A DNA stretch of 64,000 nucleotides from Bacteroidota bacterium (GTDB lineage: Bacteria > Bacteroidota > Ignavibacteria > UBA10030 > SZUA-254): the NCBI GenBank assembly GCA_049515655.1, contig JBEKTW010000012.1, positions 8,904 through 72,903 on the forward strand, given 5' to 3'. The translations under genes were made by a program, and so were the position numbers. Below the pieces are notes generated by a model. It had not been told where the DNA came from. It did not search any database and saw only the letters and a list, made by a program, of their open reading frames with translations. This document shows positions 55,178 to 63,880 of this stretch, in pieces (within the stretch, counting starts at the first letter, position 1; each line of letters begins with the position of its first letter).

Positions 55178-56509
55178 TCAGATTCTTGCCCACAGTTTCT
55201 TGGCAGCATTCCGGGCCTTTTCATAGATAGACGGCACATCCTGCCCGACGATCTCGCGACCCTGTACAACCCACTTCCCGCCTACCATCACCGATTCAAC
55301 CATCGACGACTGCATGCCGAAGAGGAAATGACCCGGAAGATTCGCCCCGTTCAGAGGACTAGGGGATTCATACTCCATCACAACCAGGTCTGCGACCGAA
55401 CCCTTTTCCAGCGTTCCGAACTTCTGTGAAAAAATCTCCGACACCATTTCCTGATTGCTTTGAAGAAAAGAAGTGATTGGCTTAGCGGATTGAGAAATCC
55501 CGGATATTCTCCCGCCTCGTGCTTCTTTCTTCTTGTCTCTTTCTTCTTGATTCCAGAAAAAACCAACCCTGGCCTCTTCCAGCATGTCGGCCGGAAAACC
55601 GTCGGTACCCAGGCAGGCGCGATCACCGAAAAGACGCAGCGGGGCATGTCCGACACGGTTGTTCATGTTCGACCTCGGGTTGTGCACCAACCAGCATCGC
55701 GATTCCCGGAGTTTCAAGAAATCCCGTACTCCCACGTGAATGCAATGCGCAAGAATCGATTTGTCTCTCAAGATCCCGCACTCCGAGAGACGGCCGACGA
55801 CACTGCACTCGTAGTTTTCCTCCGCGTCGACACTATCGCACGTGTCTTCAGCGACATGGATATGAACACCCATTTTATTTTCAGACGCCATATCGCCGCA
55901 CAGGCGGAGAGAATCATTGCTCAAGGTGAACGAGGCATGAGCTCCGACCATGCCGCGGAACCGGGGATGTTTCCTGTTCGCCCGAATAAAGCGTTCGTTT
56001 TCTTTCAGTCCCTGGTCGCGCTCTTTCTTGCCGCCCCTGTCCGTCACTTCATAACAAAGAACGCCGCGAAGCCCGGCTTCTTCCACGGCCTGTTTAATAA
56101 TGTCGAGTGAACCACCGATGGCACTGGGTGATGCATGGTGGTCCACGAGCGTCGTCGTGCCGCAGCGCGCAGCTTCAACGGCACCGACGAGCGCACTGTA
56201 ATATATCGACTCGTCGTCGAGAGCCCGGTCGAGTTTCCACCATACCTTTTGGAGAATTTCGAGAAAGTTCGCTGGCTGAACCTTCGGCCCCGGCATGCCG
56301 CGGGAGAGTGCGGAGTAAAGATGCGTGTGCGCGTTCACCAAACCGGGGAGAACGATCCTGCCTCTGAGGTCAAGTCTCTCCTCATCATGGACCTGGGGCA
56401 GGTGCTTCCCCCGTTCCGTGATGATTCCATTCCGAATGCGAAGGTCGGTCGCTTCGATTGAGGGAGGATTCAGGACAGCGCTTCTGGCGTTCTTTATGAG
56501 AAGGTTCAA
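55178..56509 (-). CDS. ssnA: SsnA-family amidohydrolase, paralog 2 (closest to E. coli SsnA)
   Basis: LPGLVNAHTHLYS, LQKVWWKLDRALDDESIYYSALVGAVEAARCGTTTLVDHHASPSAIGGSL and HNPRSNMNN line up block by block with SsnA. TTG start. Confidence 0.85.
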   Translation of the reverse strand: MNLLIKNARSAVLNPPSIEATDLRIRNGIITERGKHLPQVHDEERLDLRGRIVLPGLVNAHTHLYSALSRGMPGPKVQPANFLEILQKVWWKLDRALDDESIYYSALVGAVEAARCGTTTLVDHHASPSAIGGSLDIIKQAVEEAGLRGVLCYEVTDRGGKKERDQGLKENERFIRANRKHPRFRGMVGAHASFTLSNDSLRLCGDMASENKMGVHIHVAEDTCDSVDAEENYECSVVGRLSECGILRDKSILAHCIHVGVRDFLKLRESRCWLVHNPRSNMNNRVGHAPLRLFGDRACLGTDGFPADMLEEARVGFFWNQEERDKKKEARGGRISGISQSAKPITSFLQSNQEMVSEIFSQKFGTLEKGSVADLVVMEYESPSPLNGANLPGHFLFGMQSSMVESVMVGGKWVVQGREIVGQDVPSIYEKARNAAKKLWARI

Positions 56510-56930
56510 GTGGATTATCTAGTTGTCGATAAGGGCTTGCTTCCGAACAACTTTCGGTAGTCATGCGATGAACCGCAAACAAAATGAATCAGACCGGTGC
56601 CGTACGGGTCGGTGGAGCTCTCGATCTTCATAACCCATTGTACTGACAAGCTTTGTACCACCGATTTCCCGGCCCGATGAAGAGAAAATGCCTTTTCGAC
56701 GAGGCAGACGGCGATTTTAGTCGCGCTGAAGGGATTCGATCACCGCCCGGAGCTATTGGCTATCAGTTTTGATATGGGACAAAAAAGACTTTTTCAGTTG
56801 TGATAACGCAGGATCAAGAGAATTGATGGGAGGTCCCTCTTCTCCTCTTGAAACTCCGAACGTGTTCCAAGTTCCGTCGTGCTCTCGCTCTTTGGTTCGT
56901 CGGTTCCCGACTGACCGACGTTCGCTGCTC

Positions 56931-58079
56931 TTATTGAACCGTAAAAGGAATCGATGCCTCTGTCTTTTCCCATTTGAGGCTGAGAGTTCCGTGGGAGCCA
57001 TCGGCAGTTATGCTGATCGTGAACCGCTCTGTGAAATCGTCAACATGTTTTACGTCGAGCGGAAGTCGTGCAAGGTCCTTCGACTGGTCGTAATCTGTTC
57101 CCCACTGACCGTGCTGATGATTGATGATCAGTTTCCAGCCGTCCTGTGAGGGGAGCACGAACAACGAATAGGTTCCGGCAGGTACCACGGTTGTACCAAA
57201 CGCCAGGTCTTTGCCGATGATGAGCTGGGTTGCGGCATTCGCACCGGTACGCCAGACGACATTCCACGGAACCACCTGACCGAAAATCGTACGTCCCCGC
57301 GCGGAAGGACGTCCGTAGTCGACAATAACGCTGGCTCCGTTGACCATAGCCCGCGTGGAATCTCTTGGAGAGAGAGGTCCGAGGGCACCTCCGGAACGCT
57401 CACGATCGGCGAAAGTCTTCGCGACCTCTTTGACATCAATATTGGCGGCACGCGTGGCAACGAATTTGTCCGTCGTTTCCGTCATATCGAATTTTTCAAG
57501 GAGGGCGTCCTTTCCGACGACGGCATGGAGCGGACCGAAGTCTCCGCCCGGGTTCAGAAGTTCCACCTTGCCCGGGAAACTTCCTTGAATGTCATAGTGC
57601 ATAACCTGCCTGCCGCCGAGTATTCCGAATCCCTTTTTCTTATCCATCATCAATGCATGCTGGATGGCGGCCTGCCAGCCGCCGAAAATATCGCCAAAGA
57701 ACGGAAAAGGACGGTCGGATGCAGCGACGGCGTATTTTGTCGTGACGGTGTCCTGTCTTGACACGATGTGAACGCTGTCATTTCCATACGTATAATCGCG
57801 TTCCGAAAAAATGGGATTGCCATAGCGTTGGGATGCCACATGAAAGCGCATGAGGCCGCCATCGGGTCCAAAAGTCCCCGAGTACTCGCGAATGGTGGTC
57901 TTCGGTGCGCGTACGACACTCGTCCCGTGCAACCCCCCACCATCCATAAAGAATTCTTCAACGGCGATCGTGTCCCGGCCAAGTGTGACCACGAAAAAAC
58001 CGTGCTGTTTCGGCTGTCCGATTGCAGCAATGGTCGAGAAGCCGGCAACGACTGCGAACAAGATGAATAAACGATTCAT
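56931..58079 (-). CDS. secreted protein with C-terminal DUF2911-like domain
   Basis: Signal peptide from the internal ATG (MNRLFILFAVVAGFSTIAAIG). C-terminal VVPWNVVWRTGANAATQLIIGKDLAFGTTVVPAGTYSLFVLPSQDGWKLIINHQ resembles DUF2911. Confidence 0.55.
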   Translation of the reverse strand: MNRLFILFAVVAGFSTIAAIGQPKQHGFFVVTLGRDTIAVEEFFMDGGGLHGTSVVRAPKTTIREYSGTFGPDGGLMRFHVASQRYGNPIFSERDYTYGNDSVHIVSRQDTVTTKYAVAASDRPFPFFGDIFGGWQAAIQHALMMDKKKGFGILGGRQVMHYDIQGSFPGKVELLNPGGDFGPLHAVVGKDALLEKFDMTETTDKFVATRAANIDVKEVAKTFADRERSGGALGPLSPRDSTRAMVNGASVIVDYGRPSARGRTIFGQVVPWNVVWRTGANAATQLIIGKDLAFGTTVVPAGTYSLFVLPSQDGWKLIINHQHGQWGTDYDQSKDLARLPLDVKHVDDFTERFTISITADGSHGTLSLKWEKTEASIPFTVQ

Positions 58080-58398
58080 ACTATTACCTTTCTTAAGGAT
58101 GCAAGAATGATTTAGGACATAATATATCGATAATTTGGTCAAAATGTAACACCTGGAGCGCTCGAAAAGATTCCGGCATTCCCCTCCCGGTTCCGGCAGG
58201 GTTTCGGAGGAATCTGGCCCTTCGGGGAAGAATGGCAAATTGATTCTTGCAGCATTTTCACCTTGTAAGGAAGGAGATTTTTTGTTACATTTGTATCGCA
58301 TCGAGATCACCGATCGAGATCTCGATCTGCTGTAGTAATATGGAGGGCTTCTCGTGGGGGTTTTGCTACCCGGAGGTCCTCAAACCACGGAGAAGATA

Positions 58399-58436
58399 GC
58401 CCGGATGGCGGAATTGGCAGACGCGCTAGATTCAGG
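58399..58436 (+). pseudogene. tRNA-Leu(CAG)-like 5' half (acceptor stem, D-arm, anticodon stem-loop) lacking a 3' half
   Basis: GCCCGGA-UG-GCGG-AAUUGGCAGA-CGC-G-CUAGA-UUCAGGG matches E. coli tRNA-Leu(CAG) up to about position 38. No complementary anticodon-stem strand, variable arm, T-arm or 3' acceptor (UCCGGGC) follows within 1.7 kb. Confidence 0.45.
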
Positions 58437-58962
58437 GATGAAACCTCCTCCGCGAAAACCTTTCAAGCTAACTCACCTTCCAAGAAGTTTCACGTTCGCA
58501 TCTCCATCCGTTCCTAAAATGGGACTAGCGGACCTGGCATTCGTGTCATGGAATGTGTCCAAATTCGGGAATCCCACTCTAACATATTCGGAGCGACCCG
58601 AATTGTAAAACCAAAACTTGCATTTCACATGCGACATTTCGCGTCCGAGATGAATATTGACGTATTCTTTTACCATTCGTATCGAATCCGCCCTATCATG
58701 AGCAAATGGGTTTCCGCCTACGGTTCCCTTATAGGAATCATCTGCGAGACACCTGAATGAAACAATGAGAATTGAAAATAGAATTCTACTAGTCATTGCA
58801 TCTCCTACAAGAAGTTTCCATCTCAATGATAAATACGAAACTATATTTTGTCTAAATGGATTGATCAGTACTGCTACTCCGGAGGTGTTGGTGGTTTCGG
58901 TTCGATGCTTGCACGTCAGGTTGGGCACCTGGTTAGGTGGCCATCTAAAAGCCATCGTTTGA

Positions 58963-59529
58963 TTACCTACTGACTGATTCATATTCAGATCCGACCATTA
59001 GATCCATTGGATCCATCGAGACCTTGACGCAAAGGATTTGGAATATCGCCTTAGCATCCTCGAGGTAAATTTTCGCATTCCGGAAGTTTATCTCCTTTTC
59101 CCAATTGGTCATAGGCATTTGGGGGCACTCACCTTCTCGAAGAAACTGAGTACTCTCTGCTGTCATAGATTCCGTTTTGCCATGAGCAAGCGCATCGCGG
59201 AGTCGAAACATACGCTTAAAAGTTTGAAACGGTCTTTTACTAAAATCAATCTTTAGGCCAAATAGGTTGGCTAATAAGTCGAGCTTATCTGGAGGAGACA
59301 ATTTACGTTCAACGGAAGACCAAAACGTAGTTCTATTGGCTCCGACGTGATTGAGAAAAGCCTCGACAGTAAATGCAGAGAAGACCATGGAAGCGGAGAG
59401 CATGAGAGTGCTACCCGCATCTGTCTCCTTAGCTCGTTCATAACATTCGTAACTGACGGTTCGTAAGCGCGCGAAAGTATATACCGTCCTACGTGCACTC
59501 GTATGAACGCGTCTTTTATTAGTTTTCAT
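58963..59529 (-). CDS. hypothetical protein in an AT-rich islet, possible HEPN-like (R-x4-H) nuclease
   Basis: Internal ATG gives MKTNKRRVHTS...FKRMFRLRDALAHGKTES..., which contains an R-x4-H-G motif. AT-rich promoter-like sequence upstream. Function speculative. Confidence 0.35.
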   Translation of the reverse strand: MKTNKRRVHTSARRTVYTFARLRTVSYECYERAKETDAGSTLMLSASMVFSAFTVEAFLNHVGANRTTFWSSVERKLSPPDKLDLLANLFGLKIDFSKRPFQTFKRMFRLRDALAHGKTESMTAESTQFLREGECPQMPMTNWEKEINFRNAKIYLEDAKAIFQILCVKVSMDPMDLMVGSEYESVSR

Positions 59530-59648
59530 TATTGATACTTGATTACGTAAAATAATGGTTGTGGCCGCCGAACGAACCGGAGCTATGCTGCAACGAATTT
59601 GCCGACAGATATTTCCGTCTCGCTTGCGCCGCTGGTTTGGCAGCCCCA

Positions 59649-59981
59649 TTATTTATATAATGAAATATTCCATGGTGATTTATAATCTGTTCGCGTTGCC
59701 TTCCACCCACGTTTTAATTGCCCAAGTTGGATTATACTACTATCGAAAGCAACAAGATCTCTCAAACTCGATTCGACCGCTAGATCGATCCCTAACATCT
59801 CATTGGATAGAAATTGCCAATCTCCTTCTTGATCATGAAGTACGAAAAGAATAGGTCTTTTTTTATCGATAACTGATTGTTGTGTCACAACTATTGTTGA
59901 TGGCGGATCTTGGAATGACCATTCTGAAGTACTGGCACAACCAATGAGCAATGTTATCAAGAGTAACAGTCGTCGTTTCAT
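59649..59981 (-). CDS. small lipoprotein, immunity-protein-like
   Basis: Lipobox LLITLLIGCAS. The ILFVLHDQEGDWQFLSNE motif is reminiscent of DUF2185/Imm-type immunity proteins. About 43% GC. Confidence 0.45.
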   Translation of the reverse strand: MKRRLLLLITLLIGCASTSEWSFQDPPSTIVVTQQSVIDKKRPILFVLHDQEGDWQFLSNEMLGIDLAVESSLRDLVAFDSSIIQLGQLKRGWKATRTDYKSPWNISLYK

Positions 59982-60149
59982 TCGTTCTCCATTCTAAGCT
60001 TACTTAATGGACCGGAGCTAAGCTGCGATAACGGCCCATAGCGGTGACAACTGATTCGGCATCATAGATCGCTTGATGCATCGGGAGTTCTTTTTGCTCC
60101 TGACTTTTTCCTTTTTAAAGTGGTTAGGCAGCAGTGCCCGCGTCTTTCT

Positions 60150-60956
60150 CTAAGGTACAAGAAAACTGACGGTATTGCTCGGTATTGTTCCTATGTTTGG
60201 ATAGATTGTTTTTCCCGTAGCTGGGTCGGAATAACCTGTATCGAGAAAGTTGGTTCCATCATCGAAGTAAGTGCTGTTCGCGGAAGCATAAGCTATCAAG
60301 TATACGGTCGACCCACTGGAAATTCCGGCGCGATTAAATGTGCTGGAAGTAATGCTCGTTGAAATCGCAGTGGTTGATGTACCGGAACTCAAATAGGAAA
60401 AAAGAAACGTCGTAGGGTTAGAGGAGACCGAACTGCTCGTTCCAATGAAGAAGCGCACGTAATGGACATAACCTGCAGAAGGAGCTGAAGAAATTGAGCC
60501 AGAGATTGTTACGCTGCTTGTTGTGGGAGTTGCGACGAGACTGGATACTGTGAACGCCGGAATTGCCATTAAGAATTGACTGCGCCCATAAAACAGATCC
60601 CCGCCGCCAGTAAATCCCAATCCGATTCGTTTGTAAACCCCAAAGCCAGTTTTTGAGAAAGTGAGTGTGTAAGATCCAGTTGCGAGTTCCGTGATTGTCC
60701 ATTTCCCGCTAATGTCGCTCGTTGTTGCTTTGTCCGAGTTCTCCACGGTAATCGTAACAGTAGAATTGTCAGGTAACTTACGACCGTAATCGTCATACAG
60801 TGTAACATAGCCGATAAGATTGCCCGTCAACTTCGGACCAGCCGGACCCGTATCTCCCTTGAATTTGTCGCAAGAAGAAGAGCAAATAGAGAAAAACAAT
60901 AATACTAGCGACATCGCCGCTGGTGTGCCGAGCAGTCGTTGAACTGTGTGTTTCAT
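60150..60956 (-). CDS. Ser/Thr-rich lipoprotein with a short collagen-like G-x-y stretch
   Basis: Start at internal ATG (MKHTVQRLLGTPAAMSLVLLFFSICSSSC). GDTGPAGPK triplets. Long S/T-rich low-complexity regions. Confidence 0.5.
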   Translation of the reverse strand: MKHTVQRLLGTPAAMSLVLLFFSICSSSCDKFKGDTGPAGPKLTGNLIGYVTLYDDYGRKLPDNSTVTITVENSDKATTSDISGKWTITELATGSYTLTFSKTGFGVYKRIGLGFTGGGDLFYGRSQFLMAIPAFTVSSLVATPTTSSVTISGSISSAPSAGYVHYVRFFIGTSSSVSSNPTTFLFSYLSSGTSTTAISTSITSSTFNRAGISSGSTVYLIAYASANSTYFDDGTNFLDTGYSDPATGKTIYPNIGTIPSNTVSFLVP

Positions 60957-61075
60957 AGGAACCTTCCTTTCTTTGTGGAATGCGATGATCAAGGCACTGC
61001 TGCCTAACGGATGGCGGCTCAACTGCCCTACTGCGCATGCCCTATAGCATGTCGCTGTGTTGGGATGTGCTGCAC

Positions 61076-62923
61076 TCACTTCAATAGCAACATTTTCTTA
61101 ATGTCTGTGAACTTCCCTGCCTGCAATCTGTAGAAATATATCCCGGATGGAACATTCGATGCGTCCCAGGTTACTGATTTGAAACCGGGCTCTAGCACAC
61201 CATTCACTAGCGTCGCAACTTGCTGACCAAGTAGATTGTAGATATTAAGAGTCACGGCACTCGTTGTCGACAACTGGTAACGAATCGTAGTCGAAGGGTT
61301 AAATGGCTCAGGATAGTTCTGTTCAAGCGAAAAGACTTTCGGCAGGTTGGCTGCCACCTTTTCATCGGGCGCAGGAGGCGGCATTTCGCTGGTAGACAAT
61401 ATCTTTATTCGATTCGTCTTCAGCATTAATGTGGATGACAAAGAGAGTATCAGTCTACCACTTTGATTAACTTTGACCCAATATCCTTTGCCTGGCTGGA
61501 TCGTGTCAACAGAATGGTATCCAGAACTGTAACCGAAGAACTCTGACGTGATCAATCCACTAGGGCTGCTGGCGATATTTGCAACTCGCATAGGAGAACC
61601 GATTGAACCAACTAAATTCCATCCGGTAACCACGGAGATTGACTCGCTCTCGGCAGGTAACCCCGGCGGAAAGGTCACGGTTTGTGGTGCACCGAACTTC
61701 AACCAATATCCGATACCGCCAGATAACGTATCCTTCGCCGCATAGCCATTGCTATACTCGTAAGCCTTTCCGACCGATGAAGGGAAAACAATATTCGCGC
61801 GATAGTCTCGCAGCGACTCAGGAACAGACACAAGGTTCCAACGAGTTTGGTAGGATGTAGAAAGAGGTTTCTGACCATAAATATAAATACCTGACGCACT
61901 GCGGTCCGAATTTACACCGATGTACACTCTGTCGTACATCGTATCGATAACAATCGAAGTTACCATACCTGAATCCGGCAAGCCATTGCTGAAATCATCC
62001 CAATGGGCAGCACCATCAGTGGTGCGAAAGAGCATCTTGCTTCCAACGGTATAGTTCGAGGTGCCAAGAAACATCTCATCGGGATTTCTTGGATTCATTG
62101 CAAATGCCCAAACATCCAGATTTCCCGGCCCGAGACCGTTGTTCATCGAAACCCATGTTTCTCCACCATCAGTCGATCCTGTCACGCCGCAGCCGGCAGA
62201 AGCCATGTATACATGACCACTATTCCTTGGGTCCACAAAAATTGTGCCGCCCCATCCCTGACATTCTGAAGGTTGTCGAGTCCACGTCGTTCCCAAGTCT
62301 GTACTCTTGAAAATCAATCCATTTGAGTCCGCAATTCCAAAGAGGAAGCTCCCCTGTGCCGCATACAAAATACTATCATCACTCGGGAAAATGGTCATAG
62401 ACATTATGCCGATATCAAAGGTTTGTGTCCAGTGGAGTCCTCGATCTATTGTCCGATATAGTAAAGGCCATACCTCCATGTAAACGACGCTCGTGTTTTT
62501 CGGATCTATTTCAATTGACACCCCGGATGCGTATCCTTCCCAGGAGAACAGGGTCTGCCAGCTTTGCCCTCCGTCTGTCGTCATCAACGATGTGTTACAG
62601 GGAGGGTCGCAAGTGGGGTCAGTTGTTTTTACGTATAGGATTTTGGAGTTCCCAGGATCAATCTTGAAATTCGTGACAAGGACGGATCCGAAGACTGACA
62701 CATTGGACCAGCTTTCGCCCCAGTTCGTGCTCAAAAGAAACATCGATTGACCAGATTCGGCATCCTCGCAACTGGCGAACAGCGTATCAGGATGTTTGCG
62801 ATATACATCCATTGGCCACGGCCAGACGCCTTCTGTCCCCCCTGCCCGTCTCCAAGACTGTTCCTGCGAGATAGCCATGCTGCAAACGAGCAATAAAGTC
62901 CAAAGTATTAGCAAGCGTTTCAT
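61076..62923 (-). CDS. BNR/Asp-box repeat protein with T9SS C-terminal sorting domain
   Basis: Signal peptide. Asp-boxes (TTDGGQSW, STDLGTTW, STDGGETW, TTDGAAHW). C-terminus FSLEQNYPEPFNPSTTIRYQ...GIYFYRLQAGKFTDIKKMLLLK. Confidence 0.8.
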   Translation of the reverse strand: MKRLLILWTLLLVCSMAISQEQSWRRAGGTEGVWPWPMDVYRKHPDTLFASCEDAESGQSMFLLSTNWGESWSNVSVFGSVLVTNFKIDPGNSKILYVKTTDPTCDPPCNTSLMTTDGGQSWQTLFSWEGYASGVSIEIDPKNTSVVYMEVWPLLYRTIDRGLHWTQTFDIGIMSMTIFPSDDSILYAAQGSFLFGIADSNGLIFKSTDLGTTWTRQPSECQGWGGTIFVDPRNSGHVYMASAGCGVTGSTDGGETWVSMNNGLGPGNLDVWAFAMNPRNPDEMFLGTSNYTVGSKMLFRTTDGAAHWDDFSNGLPDSGMVTSIVIDTMYDRVYIGVNSDRSASGIYIYGQKPLSTSYQTRWNLVSVPESLRDYRANIVFPSSVGKAYEYSNGYAAKDTLSGGIGYWLKFGAPQTVTFPPGLPAESESISVVTGWNLVGSIGSPMRVANIASSPSGLITSEFFGYSSGYHSVDTIQPGKGYWVKVNQSGRLILSLSSTLMLKTNRIKILSTSEMPPPAPDEKVAANLPKVFSLEQNYPEPFNPSTTIRYQLSTTSAVTLNIYNLLGQQVATLVNGVLEPGFKSVTWDASNVPSGIYFYRLQAGKFTDIKKMLLLK

Positions 62924-62953
62924 TGCATCATCTATTCTCCGTGCTGTGGATGA

Positions 62954-63880
62954 TCACTTCAGAAGCACCATCTTCTTAATATCCGTGAATCGGCGTCCTG
63001 AGCTTGCCGAAGGATTGCCTGCCTGCAATCTGTAGAAGTAAACTCCACTCGGTAGATCACTCGCGTCGACTATTCGAGAGTAATTTCCTGGTTCTTGCTC
63101 TCCGTTTACGAGAGTTCGCACTTCCCTTCCCAGCAGATCGCACAGCTTCAAGGTAACGAATGACTTTTGTGGAAGAGAGTATGAGATTGTGGATGTTGGA
63201 TTAAATGGGTTGGGGTAGTTTTGAGCGATTGAAAACTTTTCAGGCATCATGAATCGATTTTGTTCAACACCAACTATCCCATAGCTCACGCCGTTGATCC
63301 TCGCTCCCCTCAGTTGATAGTTGAATGCCTCGAGTGAGCCATACCCAATCATTCCAATACTGTCTGCAAATGCTACGGTTGTGAACCAGTTGTGGATGTT
63401 TGTAAATGTGCAACAAATACGGCTTCTCGAATACAAGGTGTCCTCCATACACCCATCGTGTATCCATTCCCCGGCAGTATCTCCGGGCGAAGATGCAAAA
63501 TCAAAAATAGCGTTCTCCATCCGGCTGGATGTATCATAACCCAGGAATTGTCCATGCTCTTCTCGAAAATACCCGCAGGAAAAGAACGGAAACACGTCAG
63601 CACAATTTGACGAGAACACAGAATAGGTCTTACCATTCGCCATCGTAGTATCCCGAAGGATTTCGACCTGGAGAATAATGTCCGGGCGCATGTATTCTAC
63701 GTACTGCCAAAGATTCCCGGGTTGAAAAGGATATTCAAGAACCTGTGAATTCGAAGTTCCTTGACCAATGAGCCAGCAAGCGAGCACTCCGAAGATAAAC
63801 CTCAGAACCCCTCCTCCCACACCAATTGGAATCGTCCCTGCAACTGCCCATTGCAGCGCAAGTATCATCAACCGCTTCAT
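62954..63880 (-). CDS. secreted protein with T9SS C-terminal sorting domain
   Basis: Signal peptide/TM. C-terminus FSIAQNYPNPFNPTSTISYS...GVYFYRLQAGNPSASSGRRFTDIKKMVLLK. Confidence 0.75.
   Translation of the reverse strand: MKRLMILALQWAVAGTIPIGVGGGVLRFIFGVLACWLIGQGTSNSQVLEYPFQPGNLWQYVEYMRPDIILQVEILRDTTMANGKTYSVFSSNCADVFPFFSCGYFREEHGQFLGYDTSSRMENAIFDFASSPGDTAGEWIHDGCMEDTLYSRSRICCTFTNIHNWFTTVAFADSIGMIGYGSLEAFNYQLRGARINGVSYGIVGVEQNRFMMPEKFSIAQNYPNPFNPTSTISYSLPQKSFVTLKLCDLLGREVRTLVNGEQEPGNYSRIVDASDLPSGVYFYRLQAGNPSASSGRRFTDIKKMVLLK

Noticed and set aside
56510-56930. Looked for a purine (guanine/adenine) riboswitch or a sigma54 promoter in the 420-bp leader of the purine operon.
   Set aside because: Neither strand contains the UUUCUACC / CCGUAAAU purine-aptamer cores. 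Only a weak GGCAC match with wrong spacing to any TTGC was found, so no call was made.
58399-58700. Complete (possibly intron-containing) tRNA-Leu gene.
   Set aside because: No 3' anticodon-stem strand, T-arm (GGTTCGAATCC-like) or acceptor 3' strand (UCCGGGC) anywhere downstream. It is reported only as a fragment.
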